Shown: positions 27,401-41,600, numbered from the stretch's first letter. The stretch: 64,000 bases of DNA from Eledone cirrhosa (GCA_964016885.1 OZ024744.1:121334001-121398000), one strand, 5' to 3'. The notes: generated by a model from the sequence alone, not told the origin. Made by a program: numbers and translations.

Positions 27401-29139
27401 GGTTTTGATAGATGTTGTGAAGACAGATAGTGTGAGATGGTTGGGTCATGTGTTGAGGAAGGATAAAAGTGACTGGGTGAGAGGAATAGAGGTGGAGATG
27501 GATGTTGTGAAGAGAGATAGTGTGAGATGGTTGGGTCATGTGTTGAGGAAGGATAAAAGTGAGTGGGTGAGAGGAATAGAGGTAGTGATGGATGTTGTGA
27601 AGAGAGATAGTGTGAGATGGTTGGGTCATGTGTTGAGGAAGGTTGAATGTGAATGGGTGAGAGGAATAGAGGTAGTGATGGATGTTGTGAAGAGAGATAG
27701 TGTGAGATGGTTAGCTCATGTGTTGAGGAAGGATAAAAGTGACTGGGTGAGAGGAATAGAGGTTGTGATGGATGTTGTGAAGCGAGATAGTGTGAGATGG
27801 TTGGGTCATGTGTTGAGGAAGTATGAAAGTGACTGGGTGAGAGGAATAGAGGTAGTGATAGATGTTGTGAAGACAGATAGTGTGAGATGGTTGTGTCATG
27901 TGTTGAGGAAGTATGAAAGTGACTGGGTGAGAGGAATAGAGGTAGTGATGGATGTTGTGAAGAGAGATAGTGTGAGATGGTTGGGTCATGTGTTGAGGAA
28001 GGATAAAAGAGACTGGGTGAGAGGAATAGAGGTAGTGATGGATGTTGTAATGGTAGATAGTGTGAGATGGTTGGGTCATGTGTTGAGGAAGGTTAAAAGT
28101 GACTGGGTGAGTGGATTAGAGGTAGTGATGGATGTTGTGAAGAGAGATAGTGTGGGACGGTAGGGTCATGTGTTGAGGAAGTATGAAAGTGACTGGGTGA
28201 GAGGAATCAGAGGTAGTGATGGATGTTGTGAAGAGAGATAGTGTGAGATGGTTGGGTCATGTGTTGAGGAAGGATAAAACTGACTGGGTGAGAGGAATAG
28301 AGGTAGTGATGCATGTTGTGAAGAGAGATAGTGTGAGATGGTTGGGTCATGTGTTAAGGAAGTATGAATGTGACTGGGTGAGAGGAATAGAGGTAGTTAT
28401 GGATGTTGTGAAGAGAGATAGTGTGAGATGGTTAGGTCATGTGTTGAGGAAGGATAAAAGTGACTGGGTGAGAGGAATAGAGGTAGTGATGGATGTTGTG
28501 AAGAGAGATGGTGTGAGATGGTTGGGTCATGTTTTGAGGAAGGATAAAAGTGACTGGGTGAGAGGAATAGAGGTAGTGATGGATGTTGTGAAGAGAGATA
28601 GTGTGAGATGGTTGGGTCATGTGTTGAGGAAGGATAAAAGTGAGTGGGTGAGAGGAATAGAGGTAGTGATGGATGTTGTGAAGAGAGATAGTGTGAGATG
28701 GTTGGGTCATGTGTTGAGGAAGGTTGAATGTGAATGGGTGAGAGGAACAGAGGTAGTGATGGATGTTGTGAAGAGAGATAGTGTGAGATGGTTGGGTCAT
28801 GTGTTGAGGAAGGATAAAAGTGACTGTGTGAGAGGAATAGAGGTTTTGATGGATGTTGTGAAGAGAGATAGTGTGAGATGGTTGGGTCATGTGTTGAGGA
28901 AGGATAAAAGTCAGTGGGTGAGAGGAATAGAGGTAGTGATGGATGTTGTGAAGAGAGATAGTGTGAGATGGTTAGCTCATGTGTTGAGGAAGGATAAAAG
29001 TGACTGGGTGAGAGGAATAGAGGTTGTGATGGATGTTGTGAAGCGAGATAGTGTGAGATGGTTGGGTCATGTGTTGAGGCAGTATGAAAGTGACTGGGTG
29101 AGAGGAATAGAGGTAGTGATAGATGTTGTGAAGAGAGAT

Positions 29140-31120
29140 AGTGTGAGATGGTTGTGTCATGTGTTGAGGAAGTATGAAAGTGACTGCGTGAGAGGAATAG
29201 AGGTAGTGATGGATGTTGTGAAGAGAGATAGTGTGAGATGGTTGGGTCATGTGTTGAGGAAGGATTAAAGTGACTGGGTGAGAGCAATAGAGGTAGTGAT
29301 GGATGTTGTGAAGAGAGATAGTGTGAGATGGTTGGGTCATGTGTTGAGGAAGGATAAAAGAGACTGGGTGAGAGGAATAGAGGTAGTGATGGATGTTGTA
29401 ATGGTATATAGTGTGAGATGGTTGGGTCATGTGTTGAGGAAGGTTAAAAGTGACTGGGTGAGTGGATTAGAGGTAGTGATGGATGTTGTGAAGAGAGATA
29501 GTGTGGGACGGTAGGGTCATGTGTTGAGGAAGTATGAAAGTGACTGGTTGAGAGGAATCAGAGGTAGTGATGGATGTTGTGAAGAGAGATAATGTGAGAT
29601 GGTTGGGTCATGTGTTGAGGAAGGATAAAACTGACTGGGTGAGAGGAATAGAGGTAGTAATGGATGTTGTGAAGAGAGATAGTGTGAGATGGTTGGGTCA
29701 TGTGTTGAGGAAGGACAAAAGTGAGTGGGTGAGAGGAATAGAGGTAGTAATGGATGTTGTGAAGAGAGATAGTGTGAGATGGTTGGGTCATGTGTTGAGG
29801 AAGGATAAAACTGACTGGGTGAGAGGAATAGAGGTAGTGATGGATGTTGTGACTAGAGATAGTGTGAGATGGTTGGGTCATGTTTTGAGGAAGTATGAAA
29901 GTGACTGGGTGAGAGGAATAGAGGTAGTGACGGATGTTGTGAAGAGAGATAGTGTGAGATGGTTGGGTCATATGTTGAGGAAGGATAAAAGTGACTGGGT
30001 GAGAGGAATAGAGGTAGTGATGGATGTTGTGAGGAGAGATAGTGTGAGATAGTTGGGTCATGTGTTGAGCAAGTATGAAAGTGACCGGGTGAGAGGAATA
30101 GAGGTAGTGATGGATGTTGTGAAGAGAGATAGTGTGAGATGGTTGTGTCATGTGTTGAGGAAGTATGAAAGTGACTGCGTGAGAGGAATAGAGGTAGTGA
30201 TGGATGTTGTGAAGAGAGATAGTGTGAGATGGTTGGGTCATGTGTTGAGGAAGGATTAAAGTGACTGGGTGAGAGCAATAGAGGTAGTGATGGATGTTGT
30301 GAAGAGAGATAGTGTGAGATGGTTGGGTCATGTGTTGAGGAAGGATAAAAGAGACTGGGTGAGAGGAATAGAGGTAGTGATGGATGTTGTAATGGTATAT
30401 AGTGTGAGATGGTTGGGTCATGTGTTGAGGAAGGTTAAAAGTGACTGGGTGAGTGGATTAGAGGTAGTGATGGATGTTGTGAAGAGAGATAGTGTGGGAC
30501 GGTAGGGTCATGTGTTGAGGAAGTATGAAAGTGACTGGTTGAGAGGAATCAGAGGTAGTGATGGATGTTGTGAAGAGAGATAATGTGAGATGGTTGGGTC
30601 ATGTGTTGAGGAAGGATAAAACTGACTGGGTGAGAGGAATAGAGGTAGTAATGGATGTTGTGAAGAGAGATAGTGTGAGATGGTTGGGTCATGTGTTGAG
30701 GAAGGACAAAAGTGAGTGGGTGAGAGGAATAGAGGTAGTAATGGATGTTGTGAAGAGAGATAGTGTGAGATGGTTGGGTCATGTGTTGAGGAAGGATAAA
30801 ACTGACTGGGTGAGAGGAATAGAGGTAGTGATGGATGTTGTGACTAGAGATAGTGTGAGATGGTTGGGTCATGTTTTGAGGAAGTATGAAAGTGACTGGG
30901 TGAGAGGAATAGAGGTAGTGACGGATGTTGTGAAGAGAGATAGTGTGAGATGGTTGGGTCATATGTTGAGGAAGGATAAAAGTGACTGGGTGAGAGGAAT
31001 AGAGGTAGTGATGGATGTTGTGAGGAGAGATAGTGTGAGATAGTTGGGTCATGTGTTGAGCAAGTACGAAAGTGACCGGGTGAGAGGAATAGAGGTAGTG
31101 ATGGATGTTGTGAAGAGAGA
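29140..31120 (+). repeat. 11-monomer higher-order repeat (991 bp), two tandem copies
   Basis: ORF pairs 29278/30269, 29567/30558, 29853/30844. Shared GACTGCGTG, GACTGGTTGAG, GAGCAAG. Confidence 0.92.
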
Positions 31121-34100
31121 TAGTTTGAGATGGTTGGGTCATGTGTTGAGGAAGTATGAAAGTGACTGGGTGAGAGGAATAGAGGTAGAGATGGATGTTG
31201 TGGAGAGATAGTGTGAGATGGTTGGGTCATGTGTTGAGGAAGTATGAAAGTGACTGGGTGAGAGGAATAGAGGTAGTGATGGATGTTGTGAAGAGAGATA
31301 GTGTGAGATGGTTGGGTCATGTGTTGAGGAAGGATAAAAGTGACTGGGTGAGAGGAATAGAGGTAGTGATGGATGTTGTGAAGAGAGATAGTGTGAGATG
31401 GTTAGCTCATGTGTTGAGGAAGGATAAAAGTGACTGGGTGAGAGGAATAGAGGTTGTGATGGATGTTGTGAAGAGAGATAGTGTGAGATGGTTGGGTAAT
31501 GTGTTGAGGAAGTATGAAAGTGACTGGGTGAGAGGAATAGAGGTAGTAATGGATGTTGTGAAGAGAGATAGTGTGAGATGGTTGGGTCATGTGTTGAGGA
31601 AGGACAAAAGTGAGTGGGTGAGAGGAATAGAGGTAGTGATGGATGTTGTGAAGAGAGATAGTGTGAGATGGTTGGGTCATGTGTTGAGGAAGGTTGAATG
31701 TGAATGGGTGAGAGGAATAGAGGTTTTGATGGATGTTGTGAAGAGAGATAGTGTGAGATGGTTAGCTCATGTGTTGAGGAAGGATAAAAGTGACTGGGTG
31801 AGAGGAATAGAGGTAGTGATGGATGTTGTGAAGAGAGATAGTGTGAGATGGTTGGGTCATGTGTTGAGGAAGTATGAAAGTGACTGGGTGAGAGGAATAG
31901 AGGTAGAGATGGATGTTGTGAAGAGAGATAGAGTGAGATGGTTGGGTCATGTGTTGAGGAAGTATGAAAGTGACTGGGTGAGGGAATAGAGGTAGTGATG
32001 GATGATGTGAAGAGAGATAGTGTCAGATGGTTGGGTCATGTGTTGAGGAGGGCTAAAATTGATTGGGTGAGAGGAATAGAGGTAGTGATGGATGTTGTGA
32101 AGAGAGATAGTGTGAGATGGTTGGGTCATGTGTTGAGGGAGGATAAAAGTGAGTGGGTGAGAGGAATAGAGGTAGTGATGGATGTTGTGAAGAGAGATAG
32201 TGTGAGATGGTTGGGTCATGTGTTGAGGAAGGTTGAATGTGAATGGGTGAGAGGAATAGAGGTTTTGATGGATGTTGTGAAGAGAGATAGTGTGAGATGG
32301 TTGGGTCATGTGTTGAGGAAGTATGAAAGTGACTGGGTGAGAGGAATAGAGGTACTGATAGATGTTGTGAAGACAGATAGTGTGAGATGGTTGGGTCATG
32401 TGTTGAGGAAGGATAAAAGTGACTGGGTGAGAGGAATAGAGGTGGAGATGGATATTGTGAAGAGAGATAGTGTGAGATGGTTGGGTCATGTGTTGAGGAA
32501 GGATAAAAGTGAGTGGGTGAGAGGAATAGAGGTAGTGATGGATGTTGTGAAGAGAGATAGTGTGAGATGGTTGTGTCATGTGTTGAGGAAGGTTGAATGT
32601 GAATGGGTGAGAGGAATAGAGGTAGTGATGGATGTTGTGAAGAGAGATAGTGTGAGATGGTTAGCTCATGTGTTGAGGAAGGATAAAAGTGACTGGGTGA
32701 GAGGAATAGAGGTTGTGATGGATGTTGTGAAGCGAGATAGTGTGAGATGGTTGGGTCATGTGTTGAGGAAGTATGAAAGTGACTGGGTGAGAGGAATAGA
32801 GGTAGTGATAGATGTTGTGAAGACAGATAGTGTGAGATGGTTGTGTCATGTGTTGAGGAAGTATGAAAGTGACTGGGTGAGAGGAATAGAGGTAGTGATG
32901 GATGTTGTGAAGAGAGATAGTGTGAGATGGTTGGGTCATGTGTTGAGGAAGGATTAAAGTGACTGGGTGAGAGCAATAGAGGTAGTGATGGATGTTGTGA
33001 AGAGAGATAGTGTGAGATGGTTGGGTCATGTGTTGAGGAAGGATAAAAGAGACTGGGTGAGAGGAATAGAGGTAGTGATGGATGTTGTAATGGTAGATAG
33101 TGTGAGATGGTTGGGTCATGTGTTGAGGAAGGTTAAAAGTGACTGGGTGAGTGGATTAGAGGTAGTGATGGATGTTGTGAAGAGAGATAGTGTGGGACGG
33201 TAGGGTCATGTGTTGAGGAAGTATGAAAGTGACTGGGTGAGAGGAATCAGAGGTAGTGATGGATGTTGTGAAGAGAGATAGTGTGAGATGGTTGGGTCAT
33301 GTGTTGAGGAAGGATAAAACTGACTGGGTGAGAGGAATAGAGGTAGTGATGCATGTTGTGAAGAGAGATAGTGTGAGATGGTTGGGCCATGTGTTAAGGA
33401 AGTATGAATGTGACTGGGTGAGAGGAATAGAGGTAGTTATGGATGTTGTGAAGAGAGATAGTGTGAGATGGTTAGGTCATGTGTTGAGGAAGGATAAAAG
33501 TGAGTGGGTGAGAGGAATAGAGGTAGTGATGGATGTTGTAATGGTATATAGTGTGAGATGGTTGGGTCATGTGTTGAGGAAGGTTAAAAGTGACTGGGTG
33601 AGTGGATTAGAGGTAGTGATGGATGTTGTAATGGTATATAGTGTGAGATGGTTGGGTCATGTTTTGAGGAAGGATAAAAGTGACTGGGTGAGAGGAATAG
33701 AGGTAGTGATGGATGTTGTGAAGAGAGATAGTGTGAGATGGTTGGGTCATGTGTTGAGGAAGGATAAAAGTGACTGGGTGAGAGGAATAGAGGTAGTGAT
33801 GGATGTTGTAATGGTATATAGTGTGAGATGGTTGGGTCATGTGTTGAGGAAGGTTAAAAGTGACTGGGTGAGTGGATTAGAGGTAGTGATGGATGTTGTG
33901 AAGAGAGATAGTGTGGGACGGTAGGGTCATGTGTTGAGGAAGTATGAAAGTGACTGGGTGAGAGGAATCAGAGGTAGTGATGGATGTTGTGAAGAGAGAT
34001 AATGTGAGATGGTTGGGTCATGTGTTGAGGAAGGATAAAACTGACTGGGTGAGAGGAATAGAGGTAGTAATGGATGTTGTGAAGAGAGATAGTGTGAGAT

Positions 34101-35620
34101 GGTTGGGTCATGTGTTGAGGAAGGACAAAAGTGAGTGGGTGAGAGGAATAGAGGTAGTGATGGATGTTGTGAAGAGAGATAGTGTGAGATGGTTGGGTCA
34201 TGTGTTGAGGAAGGATAAAACTGACTGGGTGAGAGGAATAGAGGTAGTGATGGATGTTGTGACTAGAGATAGTGTGAGATGGTTGGGTCATGTTTTGAGG
34301 AAGTATGAAAGTGACTGGGTGAGAGGAATAGAGGTAGTGACGGATGTTGTGAAGAGAGATAGTGTGAGATGGTTGGGTCATATGTTGAGGAAGGATAAAA
34401 GTGACTGGGTGAGAGGAATAGAGGTAGTGATGGATGTTGTGAGGAGAGATAGTGTGAGATAGTTGGGTCATGTGTTGAGGAAGTATGAAAGTGACCGGGT
34501 GAGAGGAATAGAGGTAGTGATGGATGTTGTGAAGAGAGATAGTTTGAGATAGTTGGGTCATGTGTTGAGGAAGTATGAAAGTGACTGGGTGAGAGGAATA
34601 GAGGTAGTGATGGATGTTGTGAAGAGAGATAGTGTGAGATGGTTGGGTCATGTGTTGAGGAAGGATAAAAGTGACTGGGTGAGAGGAATAGAGGTAGTGA
34701 TGGATGTTGTGAAGAGAGATAGTGTGAGATGGTTAGCTCATGTGTTGAGGAAGGATAAAAGTGACTGGATGAGAGGAATAGAGGTTGTGATGGATGTTGT
34801 GAAGAGAGATAGTGTGAGATGGTTGGGTAATGTGTTGAGGAAGTATGAAAGTGACTGGGTGAGAGGAATAGAGGTAGTAATGGATGTTGTGAAGAGAGAT
34901 AGTGTGAGATGGTTGGGTCATGTGTTGAGGAAGGACAAAAGTGAGTGGGTGAGAGGAATAGAGGTAGTGATGGATGTTGTGAAGAGAGATAGTGTGAGAT
35001 GGTTGGGTCATGTGTTGAGGAAGGTTGAATGTGAATGGGTGAGAGGAATAGAGGTTTTGATGGATGTTGTGAAGAGAGATAGTGTGAGATGGTTAGCTCA
35101 TGTGTTGAGGAAGGATAAAAGTGACTGGGTGAGAGGAATAGAGGTAGTGATGGATGTTGTGAAGAGAGATAGTGTGAGATGGTTGGGTCATGTGTTGAGG
35201 AAGTATGAAACTGACTGGGTGAGAGGAATAGAGGTAGAGATGGATGTTGTGAAGAGAGATAGAGTGAGATGGTTGGGTCATGTGTTGAGGAAGTATGAAA
35301 GTGACTGGGTGAGGGAATAGAGGTAGTGATGGATGATGTGAAGAGAGATAGTGTCAGATGGTTGGGTCATGTGTTGAGGAGGGATAAAATTGATTGGGTG
35401 AGAGGAATAGAGGTAGTGATGGATGTTGTGAAGAGAGATAGTGTGAGATGGTTGGGTCATGTGTTGAGGGAGGATAAAAGTGAGTGGGTGAGAGGAATAG
35501 AGGTAGTGATGGATGTTGTGAAGAGAGATAGTGTGAGATGGTTGGGTCATGTGTTGAGGAAGGTTGAATGTGAATGGGTGAGAGGAATAGAGGTTTTGAT
35601 GGATGTTGTGAAGAGAGATA
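30400..35620 (+). repeat. Imperfect duplication, offset ~3331-3419 bp (37-38 monomers)
   Basis: ORF pairs 30558/33977 (3419), 31402/34733, 31762/35093, 31995/35326 (3331). Shared GTGAGGGAATAG deletion followed by GATGATG and GTGTCAGA. Confidence 0.8.
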
Positions 35621-38600
35621 GTGTGAGATGGTTAGCTCATGTGTTGAGGAAGGATAAAAGTGACTGGGTGAGAGGAATAGAGGTTGTGATGGATGTTGTG
35701 AAGCGAGATAGTGTGAGATGGTTGGGTCATGTGTTGAGGAAGTATGAAAGTGACTGGGTGAGAGGAATAGAGGTAGTGATAGATGTTGTGAAGACAGATA
35801 GTGTGAGATGGTTGGGTCATGTGTTGAGGAAGGATTAAAGTGACTGGGTGAGAGGAATAGAGGTAGTGATGGATGTTGTGAAGAGAGATAGTGAGAGATG
35901 GTTGGGTCATGTGTTGAGGAAGGATAAAAGTGACTGGGTGAGAGGAATAGAGGTAGTGATGGATGTTGTAAAGGTAGATAGTGTGAGATGGTTGGGTCAT
36001 GTGTTGATGAAGGTTAAAAGTGACTGGGTGAGTGGAATAGAAGTAGTGATGGATGTTGTGAAGAGAGATAGTGTGGGACGGTAGGGTCATGTTTTGAGGA
36101 AGTATGAAAGTGACTGGGTGAGAGGAATAGAGGTAGAGATGGATGTTGTGAAGAGAGATAGTGTGAGATGGTTGGGTCATGTGTTGAGGAAGCATGAAAG
36201 TGACTGGGTGAGAGGAATAGTAGGGAGTGATAGATTTTGTGAAGAGAGATAGTGTGAGATGGTTGGGTCATGTGTTGAGGAAGGATAAAAGTGACTGGGT
36301 GAGAGGAATAGAGGTAGTGATGGATGTTGTGAAGAGAGATAGTGTGAGATGGTTGGGTCATGTGTTGAGGAAGGATAAAAGTGAGTGGGTGAGAGGAATA
36401 GAGGTAGTGATGGATGTTGTGAAGAGAGATAGTGTGAGATGGTTGGGTCATGTGTTGAGGAAGGTTGAATGTGAATGGGTGAGAGGAACAGAGGTAGTGA
36501 TGGATGTTGCGAAGAGAGATAGTGTGAGATGGTTGGGTCATGTGTTGAGGAAGGATAAAAGTGACTGTGTGAGAGGAATAGAGGTTTTGATGGATGTTGT
36601 GAAGAGAGATAGTGTGAGATGGTTGGGTCATGTGTTGAGGAAGGATTAAAGTGACTGGGTGAGAGGAATAGAGGTAGTGATGGATGTTGTGAAGAGAGAT
36701 AGTGTGAGATGGTTGGGTCATGTGTTGAGGAAGGATAAAAGTGACTGGGTGAGAGGAATAGAGGTAGTGATGGATGTTGTAAAGGTAGATAGTGTGAGAT
36801 GGTTGGATCATGTGTTGAGGAAGGTTAAAAGTGACTGGGTGAGTGGAATAGAGGTAGTGATGGATGTTGTGAAGAGAGATAGTGTGGGACGGTAGGGTCA
36901 TGTGTTGAGGAAGTATGAAAGTGACTGGGTGAGAGGAATAAGAGGTAGTGATGGATGTTGTGAAGAGAGATAGTGTGAGATGGTTGGGTCATGTGTTGAG
37001 GAAGGATAAAACTGACTGGGTGAGAGGAATAGAGGTAGTGATGGATGTTGTGACTAGAGATAGTGTGAGATGGTTGGGTCATGTTTTGAGGAAGTATGAA
37101 AGTGACTGGGTGAGAGGAATAGAGGTAGTGACGGATGTTGTGAAGAGAGATAGTGTGAGATGGTTGGGTCATATGTTGAGGAAGGATAAAAGTGACTGGG
37201 TGAGAGGAATAGAGGTAGTGATGGATGTTGTGAGGAGAGATAGTGTGAGATAGTTGGGTCATGTGTTGAGGAAGTATGAAAGTGACCGGGTGAGAGGAAT
37301 AGAGGTAGTGATGGATGTTGTGAAGAGAGATAGTTTGAGATGGTTGGGTCATGTGTTGAGGAAGTATGAAAGTGACTGGGTGAGAGGAATAGAGGTAGAG
37401 ATGGATGTTGTGGAGAGATAGTGTGAGATGGTTAGGTCATGTGTTGAGGAAGTATGAAAGTGACTGGGTGAGAGGAATAGAGGTAGTGATGGATGTTGTG
37501 TAGAGAGATAGTGTGAGATGGTTGGGTCATGTGTTGAGGAAGGATAAAAGTGACTGGGTGAGAGGAATAGAGGTAGTGATGGATGTTGTGAAGAGAGATA
37601 GTGTGAGATGGTTGGGTCATGTGTTGAGGAAGGATAAAAGTGACTGGGTGAGAGGAATAGAGGTAGTGATGGATGTTGTGAAGAGAGATAGTGTGAGATG
37701 GTTAGCTCACGTGTTGAGGAAGGATAAAAGTGACTGGGTGAGAGGAATAGAGGTTGTGATGGATGTTGAGAAGAGAGATAGTGTGAGATGGTTGGGTAAT
37801 GTGTTGAGGAAGTATGAAAGTGACTGGGTGAGAGGAATAGAGGTAGTGATAGATGTTGTGAACAGAGATAGTGTGAGATGGTTGGGTCATGTGTTGAGGA
37901 AGTATGAAAGTGACTGGGTGAGAGGAATAGAGGTAGAGATGGATGTTGTGAAGAGAGATAGTGTGAGATGGTTGGGTCATGTGTTGAGGAAGTGTGAAAG
38001 TGACTGGGTGAGAGGAATAGAGGTTTTGATGGATGTTGTGAAGAGAGATAGTGTGAGATGGTTGGGTCATGTGTTGAGGAAGCATGAAAGTGACTGGGTG
38101 AGAGGAATAGAGGTAGTGATGGATGTTGTGAAGAGAGATAGTGTGAGATGGTTGGGTCATGTGTTGAGGAAGGATAAAAGTGACTGGGTGAGAGGAATAG
38201 AGGTAGTGATGGATGTTGCGAAGAGAGATAGTGTGAGATGGTTGGGTCATGTGTTGAGGAAGGATAAAAGTGACTGGGTGAGAGGAATAGAGTTTTTGAT
38301 GGATGTTGTGAAGAGAGATAGTGTGAGATGGTTAGCTCATGTGTTGAGGAAGGATAAAAGTGACTGGGTGAGAGGAATAGAGGTAGTGATGGATGTTGTG
38401 AAGAGAGATAGTGTGAGATGGTTGGGTCATGTGTTGAGGAAGGTTGAATGTGAATGGGTGAGAGGAATAGAGGTTTTGATGGATGTTGTGAAGAGAGATA
38501 GTGTGAGATGGTTAGCTCATGTGTTGAGGAAGGATAAAAGTGACTGGGTGAGAGGAATAGAGGTTGTGATGGATGTTGTGAAGCGAGATAGTGTGAGATG

Positions 38601-41600
38601 GTTGGGTCATGTGTTGAGGAAGTATGAAAGTGACTGGGTGAGAGGAATAGAGGTAGTGATAGATGTTGTGAAGACAGATAGTGTGAGATGGTTGTGTCAT
38701 GTGTTGAGGAAGTATGAAAGTGACTGGGTGAGAGGAATAGAGGTAGTGATGGATGTTGTGAAGAGAGATAGTGTGAGATGGTTGGGTCATGTGTTGAGGA
38801 AGGATTAAAGTGACTGGGTGAGAGGAATAGAGGTAGTGATGGATGTTGTGAAGAGAGATAGTGTGAGATGGTTAGGTCATGTGTTGAGGAGGGATAAAGG
38901 TGACTGGGTGAGAGGAATAGAGGTAGTGATGGATGTTGTGAAGAGAGATCGTGTGAGATGGTTGGGTCATGTCTTAACGAAGTATGAATGTGACTGGGTG
39001 AGAGGAATAGAGGTAGTTATGGATGTTGTGAAGAGAGATAGTGTGAGATGGTTGGGTCATGTGTTGAGGAAGGATGAAAGTGACTGGGTGAGAGGAATAG
39101 AGGTAGTGATGGATGTTGTGAAGAGAGATAGTGTGAGATGGTTGGGTCATGTGTTGAGGAAGGATAAAAGTGACTGGGTGAGAGGAATAGAGGTAGTGAT
39201 GGATGTTGTGAAGAGAGATAGTCTGAGATGGTTAGGTCATGTGTTGAGGAAGGATGAAAGTGACTGGGTGAGAGGAATAGAGGTAGTTATGGATGTTGTG
39301 AAGAGAGATAGTGTGAGATGGTTGGGTCATGTGTTGAGGAAGGATAAAAGTGACTGGGTGAGAGGAATAGAGGAAGTGATGGATGTTGTGAAGAGAGATA
39401 GTGTGAGATGGTTGGGTCATGTGTTGAGGAAGGATAAAAGTGACTGGGTGAGAGGAATAGAGGTAGTGATGGATGTGGGTGAAGAGAGATAGTGTGAGAT
39501 GGTTGAGTCATGTGTTGAGGAAGGATGAGAATGACTGGGTGAGAGGAATAGAGGTAGTGATGGATGTTGTGAAGAGAGATAGTGTGAGATGGTTGGGTCA
39601 TGTGTTGAGGAAGGATGAAAATGACTAAGTGAGAGGAACAGAGGTAGTGATGGATGTTGTGAAGAGAGATAGTGTGAGATGGTTGGATCATGTGTTGAGG
39701 AAGGATAAAGGTGACTGGGTGAGTGGAATAGAGGTAGTGATGGATGTTGTGAAGAGAGATAGTGTGGGACGGTTCGGTCATGTGTTGAGGAAGTATGAAA
39801 ATGACTGGGTGAGAGGAATCAGATGTAGTGATGGATGTTGTGAAGAGAGATAGTGAGATGGTTGGGTCATGTGTTGAGGATGTATGAAAGTGACGGGGTG
39901 AGAGGAATAGAGGTAGTGATGGATGTTGTGAAGAGAGATAGTGAGATGGTTGGGTCATGTGTTGAGGAAGGTTGAATGTGAATGGGTGAAGGAATAGAGG
40001 TAGTGATGGATGTTGTGAAGAGAGATAGTGCGGGACGGTTGGGTCATGTGTTGAGGAAGTATGAAAGTGACTGGGTGAGAGGAATCAGAGGTAGTGATGG
40101 ATGTTGTGAAGATAGATAGTGTGAGATGGTTGGGTCATGTGTTGAGGAAGGATAAAAGTGACTGGGTGAGAGAAATAGAGGTGGTGATGGATGTTGTGAA
40201 GAGAGATAGTGTGGGACGGTTGGGTCATGTGTTCAGGAATTATGAAAGTGACTGGGTGAGAGGAATCAGAGGTAGTGATGGATGTTGTTAAGAGAGATAG
40301 TGTGAGATGGTTGGGTCATGTGTTAAGGAAGTATGAAAATGACTGGGTGAGAGGAATCAGAGGTAGTGATGGATGTTGTGAAGAGAGATAGTGTGAGATG
40401 GTTAGCTCATGCGTTGAGGAAGGGTAAAAGTGACTGGGTGAGAGGAATAGAGGTTGTGATGGATGTTGTGAAGAGAGATAGTGTGAGATGGTTGGGTCAT
40501 ATGTTGAGGAAGGATAAAAGTGACTGGGTGAGAGGAATAGAGGTAGTGATGGATGTTGTGAGGAGAGATAGTGTGAGATGGTTGGTTCATGTGTTGAGGC
40601 AGTATGAAAGTGACTGGGTGAGAGGAATAGAGGTAGTGATAGATGTTGTGAAGAGAGATAGTGTGAGATGGTTGGGTCATGTGTTGAGGAAGTATGAAAG
40701 TGACTGGGTGAGAGGAATAGAGGTAGAGATGGATGTTGTGAAGAGAGATAGTGTGCGATGGTTGGGTCATGTGTTGAGGAAGTATGAAAGTGACTGGGTG
40801 AGAGGAATCAGAAGTAGTGATAGATTTTGTGAAGAGAGATAGTGTGAGATGGTTGGGTCATGTGTTGAGGAAGGATAAAAGTGACTGGGTGAGAGGAATA
40901 GAGGTAGTGATGGATGTTGTGAAGAGAGATAGTGTGAGGTGGTTGGGTCATGTGTTGAGGAAGGATAAAAGTGAGTGGGTGAGAGGAATAGAGGTACTGA
41001 TGGATGTTGTGAAGAGAGATAGTTTGAGATGGTTGGGTCATGTGTTGAGGAAGGATAAAACTGACTGGGTGAGAGGAATAGAGGTAGTAATGGATGTTGT
41101 GAAGAGAGATAGTGTGAGATGGTTGGGTCATGTGTTGAGGAAGGACAAAAGTGAGTGGGTGAGAGGAATAGAGGTAGTGATGGATGTTGTGAAGAGAGAT
41201 AGTGTGAGATGGTTGGGTCATGTGTTGAGGAAGGATAAAACTGACTGGGTGAGAGGAATAGAGGTAGTGATGGATGTTGTGACTAGAGATAGTGTGAGAT
41301 GGTTGGGTCATGTTTTGAGGAAGTATGAAAGTGACTGGGTGAGAGGAATAGAGGTAGTGACGGATGTTGTGAAGAGAGATAGTGTGAGATGGTTGGGTCA
41401 TATGTTGAGGAAGGATAAAAGTGACTGGGTGAGAGGAATAGAGGTAGTGATGGATGTTGTGAGGAGAGATAGTGTGAGATAGTTGGGTCATGTGTTGAGG
41501 AAGTATGAAAGTGACCGGGTGAGAGGAATAGAGGTAGTGATGGATGTTGTGAAGAGAGATAGTTTGAGATGGTTGGGTCATGTGTTGAGGAAGTATGAAA

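Noticed and set aside
26145-28163. Long + strand ORFs of 30-aa repeats (up to 672 aa) as a real repetitive protein gene
   Set aside because: A stop-free 90-bp unit automatically gives long ORFs. Stops (GAT-TAA, CGG-TAG, GTG-TGA, AGA-TAG) and 1-2 bp frameshifts are frequent and are copied along with the HORs. There is no unique N- or C-terminus, and many common variants are non-synonymous. Ribo-seq or proteomics would be needed to revive this.
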